A stretch of DNA of 64,000 bases, taken from Octopus vulgaris (taxonomy: Eukaryota). Positions 53,709-64,000 of this stretch are shown piece by piece. The DNA lies in assembly GCA_951406725.2 (NCBI GenBank), contig OX597830.1, positions 58,962,001-59,026,000 on the forward strand, written 5' to 3'. A program made the translations under genes and the position numbers. How positions within the stretch are numbered: position 1 is the first letter of the stretch; each line of letters starts with the position of its first letter. A model generated the notes under the pieces. That model was not told where the DNA came from, ran no database searches, and saw only the letters and a list, made by a program, of their open reading frames with translations.

Positions 53709-54230
53709 CCAAACAACACCAAATAAACACCTCATCAGCTGTAAAATCATACGATACTCAGCACCTTCAATGCCCGCACCCTCGGTTCTCCCGGCCGTCT
53801 AGAAGAACTTGGTGCAAATGCAGAATCACAAGGCATTGATATAATAGCTGTCCAAGAACACCGACTCTACCACCCTGACAACATCCTCAAATACCATCAA
53901 GTCGGTTCTTATCAACTTGTAACCTCCTCAGCATCAAAGAATACTGTTAATTCAACAGTTGGAAGTATCGGCTTTCTACTCTCATCAAAAGCCAGTGATA
54001 CTCTCTTGAGTATAGAATCAATCTCACCTAGAATTATGGTGCTTGAGATAGATGGAAACCCGAAAACAACATTGGTATGTGTGTATAGCCCACATAATTC
54101 GTCTGTGGCAAACGAGATTGAGAATTTTTATACAACCCTTCATTCAACCATTGAGCAAGTACCTCTCCATAATTTTCTAGTTATAGCTGGTGATCTGAAT
54201 GCTAGACTAGGACCCGATGAGACCAAGTTT
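53709..54230 (+). mobile_element. Inverted 5' part of the same RTE LINE (APE endonuclease N-terminus)
   Basis: STFNARTL, IIAVQEHR, VCVYSPHN, IAGDLNARLG; ends tgagaccaagttt, the sequence with which the minus part begins. Confidence 0.9.
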
Positions 54231-54510
54231 GCTAAGTTTATTTCTGAATAATCAGTGGAATTTTATGATACGTAATATTTGAGGCATCTAATGGAGAGTT
54301 CAAAACAATCACGATAGTGAAACGAACGTAGCGACAAATGTTATAAAGTTGTGTTTATTGTATTTTCTTCTACATTTGCTCCGAATATCATAAACAGTAA
54401 TAATACTTAATATAGTAGGAGCTAAACGATTATACTGAAAGAGTGGATGGCGATAATCTACATGGAGCTTGAAACTCAAAAGGTAGCAGTCGTATATCTA
54501 ATTGCATAGA

Positions 54511-54574
<64 letters not shown>

Positions 54575-56099
54575 TACATGACCTGTGTTTGTCTTTTACG
54601 CGCTCAGATCAAGATAATTTTCAAGTACTTTTTAAAAAAATCTTTTTTTCAGAACGGAAAGACATTTTCATGATGCCACCACGTGGTACTTTGGATGCCA
54701 GATGACGATGCTAGATCGAACGACGGATTAAGTCTGCACAAAAAAAAAAAAAAAAAAGGCCGTGGCGCAATTTGAATTCAGTAGACAAAGGAACAGAACA
54801 AATACCGTAAAGTATATATTCCACTGTTGTATCCATTCCGCCATTTTTGTTTTTACTAATCCCGATAGAATGAAAGACAAAATTTGATCGTGGCTGAAAC
54901 TGAACTTAGATTGCACTGAATCGGAACAAATACTGCATGGAATTCTGTCTGACACCCTAAAATATCTGCCAATTTGATGCTGAGGAAACGAAATAAAATA
55001 AATAAAACAACAAATTTATTCAATTCATTCATTTTTTTTTTTTACGGAAGGAAATATAAGGAAAAATAAAGTTTTTGTCTTATTTTAGTCAAGTTTATTT
55101 ATCTATTTATTTATTGCTTCGCACACCGCTGAATTAAATTTAATATTTCATTCTCACACCTGTGTGATGAAAGGAAAAGGTACTGAAGACGAAGGAAAGT
55201 GGAAGAAGAAAGAGAAAAGTAATGAAAGCAGCCACGCAATTTTGAAAGCCCTCAGTCAATACAAGAGTTAGTTCCGTTGCCAATGTTTCCATGTATTGGA
55301 TACAGTTTCTTCTACTGCTGGCAGCCGCTTATTTCTGAGGAAGTTAAACTGTATTACAAAAGCTTTCAATCAGTAAAACAGTACATTCGGTTGCTTGTAA
55401 GATAAATGCAATATACTACATTGTATATATACAACAATTGTGAAACTTGAAAGCAAAAATTCATGAAGATATTATTTCTCGTGAATAAAAATAAATCACT
55501 GAAACTTATCATTTACCACTTTATTTATGTACATGGGAGCTTTGATTAAAAAGTTCCACTGAAATGCTGTGTTAATAATCTGGGCAAAATTCATCGTTTG
55601 CCATAAATATTACTAGGAAACGCTCACGTATTCACAAAGGTGAGAATTTTTATCTTGACTCCATTATCTATTAAAAATATCAGCCAAGTTTCCTTCAAAC
55701 CAACCAAAAATAAAAAAAAAACAAAAAATAAAAACAAAAACAGAATTTTCACTATATAAAGTGCAATTATACAAAGTTTCCATTTAATAAGTAAGTGTCT
55801 AAAATTATTGAAGTAAAATAACTGGAAAAGTAATTTTTGTATGCTTGATACCAAATTTTAAAAAAATCCTTTACTATGCTTATTATATTTATTAATTAAA
55901 AATATTTCAAATTTTACAATTTGTGAAATTAGATGTTTGTATAAAAATACAAAATAGTGTGTCAATGTTATGTGCGACTGGAATACGCAAGGAAAGGGGT
56001 TTACTTAGCCCCACAATTTTTCTATTCGTATCTATTGCAAGTGCTGTCTGTTTAAGCATATTTTATTTAACGAATAACCAAAGATGAATAAGTGGCAAA

Positions 56100-57370
56100 A
56101 GATGTCTGAGAGAAAAGCAGCAGAAATACAGCAGCGAGTGTTTGGAGCAAACAGAGGAACAAATGCAACTCGACGAGGACAAGCACGAAGATAGATTTTT
56201 TCTTAAGAGCCGTGACAACATATTTTGGCTCAAGATGTTGAGCAACAAAAATAAACACGGCAGCAACTTTCTCAAGAACATCAAGAATGTATTTTAGGCC
56301 AAAATGCTGGACTGCATAATGCAGCACAACAACTTTCTCAAGAGTAACATGAAAAGATTTGAGAACAAGTTGCGAAGTAGCAGCGTCAAAGAATTCTGTG
56401 GCTTTCTCTGGGGGGATCTTTTCGGTTTGAACGGCAGTTTTTTCTAGCGGTGTCATATGAAATTGTCACCTATAATTATGACCCTGGTATCGCTCTATTG
56501 CATTTCAATCTGTTTTAGGGTTAGGGTTAGTTAGGGTTAGGGTTAGGGTTAGGGGTGTGGAAAGGGTATCTTTTTTTCTTCACAAATGTAAATAAACCCA
56601 ATCTGTTTCTTAAACGAGGGACATATTCATACGGCACAGAATGTTTTCACCTCAATGGACGTCAGTGATTGGTTGAAATTGCAGAAATTGAAGAAAAACA
56701 ACAACAAATATCTTACAAACTATAGAATTTTCTCAATAAAGCCAAGAGAAAAGATGTTTTATAAACACATTCTACCAGTATACGAAGTTTAAAATGTTTT
56801 AGTTAGCTAGAAATTATGTTAAAAACTGCCGTTCAAACCGAAGAGATCCCTCTGGAGCAATCGTAGCGACTAATAACACACAACAGAATTAATGATCGAA
56901 ACAGACAAAGAAGGGTGTTGAATGTTACAAGAGAGACTGACATAGATTTATTACTAGAGACAGTTGGTCATAGATGTGGCTTAATGGATATGAGAAGCCG
57001 TCATTGCTCATGGGAAAACGTACTAGAAGAACGTTGGTCAATCCTGACTTTGTTGTGAATTCAGTTTAATCCGTATTCCACAGTTACGAAATTTACGTGA
57101 TGTGCTACATCAGCTATTTATACAGAATTCACCAGCAAAATATTTCAAAATAAACATTCGGAAGTCGAACAGTATTATGACTATGTGCAACATGAACGTA
57201 CACAACACCTTTTACTTACAGAAATCTTCAATACATTTTTTTGAGAACCAAGAAATGCTGTCAATGATGGCCGTAAATGCTTTTGACATTCTGAAGAACA
57301 ATTTCAGAACGTCTGCAAATGATGGACAGAAAATGTTGATGTTATTTTCTATATTCTTTCTTCTGCAATA
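56100..57370 (+). pseudogene. Degenerate Helitron Rep-Hel N-terminal fragment (interrupted at 56414-56849)
   Basis: In-frame LCCEFSLIRIPQLRNLRDVLHQLFIQNSPAKYFKINIRKSNSIM (57048-57180) resembles the Helitron CC..G.V.LP...L..L...F..NIR.YN motif; boundaries uncertain. Confidence 0.55.
56414..56849 (+). mobile_element. TTAGGG-containing TIR element, copy 2
   Basis: Same TIRs as 33411-33834; TSD ctctgggg / ctctggag; TTAGGG array ~56515-56555. Confidence 0.88.
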
Positions 57371-58169
57371 ATTCCAGTTAATAATACTTATTTGCATTCA
57401 TTCCTTCTGGTTCAAGAGCAAACCGATTCTAGCAAATTACCAGAAAGCTGGTCACCTCGAAGCAAATTTGACTCGGGTATCTGGTACTGTTGAGCCGAAA
57501 TAATTGCGAAATAAAGATATCCACCGTTGCCGTTCACCGACGGGATGATTTGTTTCGCTTAGTTTTGAGTTATTCAGTATTTTTTAATATCCTACGTCTT
57601 CAAGTGTGGGACTTACCCCGGACGAAGTAACTCAGCTTAGACAAAACACATACAATAAGTATCTGACATCGGTTACACACACACACAAACACACACACAC
57701 ACACACGCACACACACACACACACACATATAGTGAATAAGCGTATGTGTCACGTGTTTGTTTACATGTGTGGTTTTTGTGTATGTGTGCGTTGTCATGTG
57801 GATATAAGTGAATGGTTGAGAACTTCGTTTCATAGTTACATGTTTTCGAGTTCGATTCCATGGCGTGGATCTTTGCTTAAATGTCTTCTACCATATCCAC
57901 AGTTGGGCCCAGATTTTGGGAATGAAACTTCGTAGAACTGAAATTGTGCAGAAATCCGTTTGGGGTTTCAGTAAAGCACAAGGGGTCAACATTATCAAAT
58001 AAAACCATTGATGGTGAGGTCCCAGTACGAATATGCACATTGATGGGTGTATGAATATGCACATGCAAATATTTGTGTGTGTGTCTGTGTGTGTGTATTG
58101 GCTGGTCAATGTAGCCATAGAATATAAAGGTGTAACGATTCAAATCGTACCAAATATTGTATAATGAAT

Positions 58170-58205
58170 TTAACCCTTTAGCATTTAAACCGGCCACGTC
58201 TGGGA
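58170..58205 (+). mobile_element. Possible piggyBac-like terminus
   Basis: TTAA-CCCTTTagcatttaaaccggcc; no partner end found. Confidence 0.3.
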
Positions 58206-58223
58206 TCTCTTCAGCCTCGCTCA

Positions 58224-59039
58224 CAGATTTTTTAATTATATTTTTTAAACTAAACAGTTTGAAACTTCGTATACTAGTGTAATTTTTCACGCTGAACACG
58301 GTTTACTTTCAACATTTTTGGCAAAACTTCGTATTTTAGAAGTTATTTCGTGTTAAATTTGTCGTATTTGGGTGATTTTAACCAATCAGCGACGTGTATT
58401 CAGTTGAAGGAAGCTGCTGCTGTTTGCCATAACAATCAAAGAGCAACAGCTTCCGGGTCAAGGGCGAAGGAAAAGTATTGCTTCTTGTTCATAGCTTACA
58501 CAAAAGAGAAACTTTCGTCGGCAAGAAAGACGACGCCACCTTTATCTTTTCTTCCTTTCCAGTCAGCACCGTGCATTTCTTACTCTTTCCCTATCTACTG
58601 GTAGACAACAACTTCTACACTATCAACTACCAACCGGCAAGCGAACTTGTCACTGCCACTACAATTACTGTTGTATCCCAAACTACATGTTGAGCAAACG
58701 AATAAATATATGTAAATAATATTTCTTCCTTTTTGGTTTTGAATATTCTATGTTCCGACGCGAGATCCCCCCCCCACCTAAAAAAAGCGTGCAATATGCA
58801 ACACAGGTAGTAAACAAAAATAAAAGAGAACAGAGTGGTGACCTTTAGTAGACATGACCCGGAAGTTGTTGCTCTTCGATTACTTTGGCAAACAGCAGCG
58901 ACAACTTTAACACGAAATAACTTCTAAAATACGAGATGTTGTCAAATATGTTGGAAGTAAACCGTGTCCTGCGTGAGAAATTGTACCATTATACGAAGTT
59001 TGCAACTTTTTAGTTAAAAACAAAATATTTAAAAATCTG
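58224..59039. mobile_element. Long-TIR non-autonomous DNA transposon (unclassified)
   Basis: Arms 58224-58461 and 58855-59039 are diverged reverse complements (e.g. tcgtattttagaagttatttcgtgttaaa / tttaacacgaaataacttctaaaatacga; cttccgggtca / tgacccggaag). Confidence 0.75.
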
Positions 59040-60279
59040 GCCTCTCCCACCAACCCTATAATCTGGAAAGGACAAAATAAAACTTGATTTCGACAGAATA
59101 ATCTGAAAAGCAAAGAGTCAAGTTCGGCTTCGGCATTAGCAGAGTTCGATTCTATTTTCAGATTACTTTAGAGAAAGATAGAAGCAGAAAGGGAGGAGAA
59201 GGGTCGAATGAGGAGAGGAGGTGGTAGGGAGCGGAGGAGGGGTATGAATAAAAAGAAGGAGGCGAGAGAAAGGGAAACAAATTGGTTGATAGAATGAAAG
59301 GAAAGGAGGGAGGGGAGGAAGAAGAGAGTGTAGATCGAGGAATAGGATAAGCAATAGTTAGAGACAGGCAGGGGTTTAGAGATAAAACGAGGGAGGCGCA
59401 GCAGACGGTAGGAGTAGAGAGGTGGGAGCAAGATGTAGAAGTATAAAAGGGTGCAAAATGTGTTTACTTAGTTCTGGTATGTGTACTTGATGCAACGTAC
59501 CCCTCTCTCTCTCTCCCTCACTCTCTCTCTCTCCCCCTCACTCTCTCACTCTCTTTTGTGTGCGTGTGGTTGGGAGTAGCGGACGAAGCAGGTGGGAGAG
59601 CTTTAAAGAGATAGGGTGAGGGGCAAAGACTATCAGAGAAGCCAGGAGTGAGATGGAGAAGAGGAGAATATTCACACGCGAACACGTACACGAGGTGGGG
59701 GACAGTCAATGGAATCGACACCAGTATATTACTGATATTTATTTCATTGATCCTGGTGTATTTGGGTAAGCGCAATTGATTCGGTGGTGATTTTCCACAT
59801 TTAGAAAATTAATAGTCATTTGGTCCACCCCCACCCCCCCACACACACACAAGCATACTATTTACAGTAAAAAAAAATCATGATTCAATGAGAACAGTGA
59901 CAGGGTAAGGGAAGAGACGAAGAAAGCGAGAGAGTTTTTGGTCGACGCTCGGGAAATGGGGAAAAAAGAGGGAGAGGGAAAGGTCTTCGACGTTTCGAGT
60001 TTTCAATTCTGAAAGAAAGAAGAGATAATATGAAACAAAAAAAGAAAAGACTAATAAAAACCGCTATATGCACCTATGCACGCATTTGTTTGTATATATG
60101 CATGTATGTTCAGGAAAAATATTTCTGATAACATCAACAATCCCTAGGCAACAGTTCCTTCATAAAAACATTTTAGAATTTTAGGGTTGGGGGTTGCAAG
60201 CATTACTAAATGTTCGCATGCACCATTTCACCAAAACAGAAACACTTAATATCGGAATATCAGAAGCAACGAAATGGTA

Positions 60280-61460
60280 ATGTATGTATGTATGTATGTA
60301 TGTATGTATGTATGTATGTATGTATGTATGTATGTATGTATGTATGTATGTATGTGTGTATGTATGTATGTATGTATGTATGTATGTATGTATGTATGTA
60401 TGTATGTATGTATGTATGTATGTATGTATGTATGTATGTATGTATGCATGTATGTATGTATGTATGTATGTATGCATGCATGTATGTATGTGTGTATGTA
60501 TGTATGTGTGTATGTATGTATGTATGTATGTATGTATGTATGTATGTATGTATGTATGTATGTATGTATGTATGTATGTACGTATGCATGTATGTATGTA
60601 TGTATGCATGTATGTATGTATGTATGTATGTATGTATGTATGTATGTATGTATGTATGTATGTATGTATGTATGTATGTATGTATGTATGTATGTATGTA
60701 TGTATGTGTGTATGTGTGTATGTATGTATGTATGTATGTATGTATGCATGTATGTATGTATGTATGTATGCGTGCATGCATGTATGTATGTATGTATGTA
60801 TGTATGTGTATGTATGTATGTATGTATGTGCATGCATGTATGTATGTATGTATGTATGTATGTATGTACGTATGCATGTATGTATGTATGTATGTATGTA
60901 TGTATGCATGCATGCATGCATGTATGTATGTATGTATGTATGTATGCGTGCATGCATGCATGTATGTATGTATGTATGTATGCGTGCATGCATGCATGTA
61001 TGTATGTATGTATGTATGTATGTATGCGTGCATGCATGTATGTATGTATGTATGTATGTATGTATGTGTGTATGTATGTATGTATGTATGTATGTATGTA
61101 TGTATGCATGCATGCATGCATGTATGTATGTATGTATGTATGTATGTATGTATGTGTGTATGTATGTATGTATGTATGTATGTATGTATGTATGTATGCA
61201 TGCGTGTATGTATGCATGCATGCATGCATGCATGTATGTATGTATGTATGTATGTATGTATGTATGTATGTATGTATGTATGTATGTATGTATGTATGTA
61301 TGTATGTATGTATGTATGTATGTATGTATGCATGTATGTATGTATGTGTGTATGTATGTATTTATGCCTGTATATATGCTTGTATGCATGCATGCGTTTG
61401 TGTGTAATACATGTGGATACGTATATGTTTGTGCATGTACATGCATGCATGTATGTATGT
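60280..61460. repeat. (TATG)n/(CATG)n tetranucleotide array, ~1.2 kb
   Basis: Direct reading; explains the >400-aa pseudo-ORFs. Confidence 0.97.
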
Positions 61461-61512
61461 ATATGTTTGTTTTGGTAGGCAAAACCAGAACCTTTAAAAT
61501 TATACACAAAAT

Positions 61513-61568
<56 letters not shown>

Positions 61569-62514
61569 CATAAACACACACACATACACACAGAATGCTG
61601 TATCTAACAATCTGGTATTTCAATAATGTATTACTCATTCATTGTGATATCCCTCAGGGAAAACCAAATTACCTATTCGAAATATTCATTTCCTCTGCCA
61701 ATGGGATATCGTTTTACCACTGTTACTAACGATATCAGATGACTCATAACCGATTTCCTTCATTACTAGTTGTTGTTTTTTCCCCCTTTTTTTTTATATA
61801 TGATAAACTAGATATCTTTCGTTCATAAATCCTTGAAACTATTGCCAAAACTGCAATGGAACGTATTGTTCATATAAAAGTTATTCTTTGTCCGATGTAA
61901 AGAATGGTCGAATTTTTTATGTAAAAAATCCAAGAACTAAAACAAAACAGTCTTTAGTTGGGAATACACGCGTGTGCGTTTATGTATGTATGAATGTATG
62001 TATGTATGTGTGTATGTATGTATGTATGTATGTATGTATGTATGTATGTATCTATGTATGTATGTATGTATGTATGCATGTATGTATGTATGTATGTATG
62101 TATGTATGTACGTGTGTGTGTTTGTGTATGAGACATAAAGAGGAATGGAAAATTATATATCTTCAAAACTTATTTATTTAAGTTTTGTTCTCATTAAATT
62201 CTTCTAAAATTCAAACCCGACACGTGTTTCCGCTGCATAAGTGTCTTACTGTCCTTTGGTGCATCATTCATGGGCATTTAGTTGCAGTACATGCAAAGTA
62301 GACAGACATTCGTATGCAGCTTTGATCAAGGTTTTGCCTATACGGATGGTTGAACCCAACTGAATCATATATTCTGTATCTTGTATGAAAACCAATGAAG
62401 CGAACCTAAGATTTACTTTTCGTGTAATTGCTTATCTGAAACAGTTCTGCGTGTTCCCTATCATTCAATGTGGTTAGCCAAATCTGGATTATATCGGTGT
62501 GCCAATAAGATACC

Positions 62515-62735
62515 TGCTGTAGGCTTAGGCCTGAAATTTTCTACTGTAGGCTCAGGCCTGAAATTTTGGGGAAGGTGGGGCTAGTCGATTGCACTGACCC
62601 CAGTATGTGACTGCTATTTATTTCATCAACCCCGCAAGGAACGAGAGGCAGAAGAACTCAGAACATAAAGAGTCGGAGGAAAGGCCATTAAATATTTTGT
62701 CCAGCGTGCTAAAGATTCTGTCAGGTCACCGCCTT
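62515..62735 (-). mobile_element. SINE family A, diverged
   Basis: ggcctgaaattttgggg..gtcgatt..gaccccagt..gaactcagaac. Confidence 0.72.
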
Positions 62736-63498
62736 AGAGTTACTAATTAAAACAGTTATAAACAGCAAAAACCATTTATTGATGAAAGAGCTCAATAATT
62801 TAGTAGAGTTGAATAAACCAACAGAAGTCAAAAAAAGTTCAGGTCAGTGCATTCATTTTATAAATACATTCATCCCTTTCGGGTGGGTGTGCCTACACTA
62901 GAAAGGAATTCATAATTCTAACATTAACACGCACACACACATACACATACACATCGTTGCTATTATGTCAAACTGTCGTATGTCCAAATTTGGCCAAATG
63001 CATTTTTCAATATTCAGTTTTGCTTGCAAAAGCCAGTTCTTTTGGTCAAACTATCGTAGCTCCAGCTGATTCAGATGCCAAGATGCGAAAATTGTCAAAG
63101 CATAGTACAGCGGTTTAGCATTTTTCCAGAGTGTAGTAAGTCCCACATACGACTGTTTTGCAAAAATATTTCTGACTGAAAATATCATACATGCGTGGAA
63201 TTACGATTTTATTCACCCAGCAAAGTATTATGGTAAAACTGAAACTGTTGCTAATGTAAAAAGAAATGGAATGGCGTAACTATTTTACCATTTTTTGAAA
63301 AAGCAACGTCTTGGACTTACGACACTTTTGCATAATAGCAACGATTATGTTACTTATGAACGCAGAGGCTGTTGTTGGGGTAGCAGTAAAAGAAGCAGAA
63401 TGAAGGGCAGCACATACGTGAGTTAGGAGCTGGAGTAGGTTGATACGTGACTCCTTGCAAATCAACCTGGTAGCTTTTTAAAAGGCTTTATGTGTACA

Positions 63499-63521
63499 AC
63501 AGCAGCAGTAGTAGCAGTAGC

Positions 63522-63589
<68 letters not shown>

Positions 63590-63612
63590 CAGCAGCAGTA
63601 GCAGCAGCAGCA
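63499..63612. repeat. (CAG)n interrupted by TAG
   Basis: Direct reading. Confidence 0.95.
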
Positions 63613-63642
63613 TCGTTCTATAACTGGGAGCATTATTTGATG

Positions 63643-63862
63643 AAGGTGGCGAGATAGCAGAAGCGTTAGCACGCCGGGAATATTGCTTGGCGGCATTTTC
63701 TCCCTCTTTATATTCTGCGTTCAAATTCCGCCGAGGTCGACTTTGCCTTTTATCCTTTAGGGGTCAATGAAATAAGTACCAGATAAGTACTGGGTCCGAT
63801 GTAAGCAACATACCCCCTACCCCAAAATTGCTGGCTTTGTGCCAATATTCGGAAACATTATT
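63643..63862 (+). mobile_element. SINE family A, full-length
   Basis: aggtggcgagatagcagaagcgttagcacgccggg...gttcaaattccgccgaggtcgactttgccttt. Confidence 0.85.
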
Positions 63863-64000
63863 TTATTGTGGATCTCACCTGATTTTGTTTTCAGAGTTAA
63901 CAATTATGTGTGGGTATTTTCTGGCTTTAAAAGTGGATAATCGGTCTTAGATTCGCAGTTTGTCCTGTCATGTACGTGAAATCGCCAGAAGATCTTCTTA

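Noticed and set aside
60181-61638. ORFs of 327-485 aa on both strands
   Set aside because: Read-through of (TATG)n giving YVCM/HTYI repeats; not a gene
63478-63724. Possible polyQ exon
   Set aside because: CAG run is interrupted by in-frame TAG and abuts a SINE

Overview
Repeat-dominated, AT-rich eukaryotic (animal) DNA with no host gene I can support. The microsatellite load and tRNA-SINE families resemble cephalopod (Octopus-like) DNA; this is inference only. Almost all listed ORFs are microsatellite read-throughs or transposon remnants. Main contents: (1) a 7-20 kb pile of R4/Dong-type RLE LINE fragments, a Tx1/L1-type LINE and a recurring non-coding passenger element, nearly all bordered by (TAA)n; (2) an RTE-type LINE with a twin-priming-style 5' inversion and TSD (51.3-54.2 kb); (3) DNA transposon remnants: mariner, Tigger/pogo, hAT MITEs, Helitrons, foldback elements and a TTAGGG-carrying TIR element; (4) three tRNA-SINE families; (5) a 42-bp minisatellite built from a hAT terminus plus its TSD; (6) an ~830-bp tandem duplication. 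The most interesting signals are RNA-structural: two minimal hammerhead-ribozyme-like motifs in small (TA)n-embedded elements near 3.2-3.8 kb, and a short RTE-derived element with a possible degenerate HDV-like ribozyme at 46.3 kb. Coordinates were read by eye and may be off by a few bases; no searches were run.
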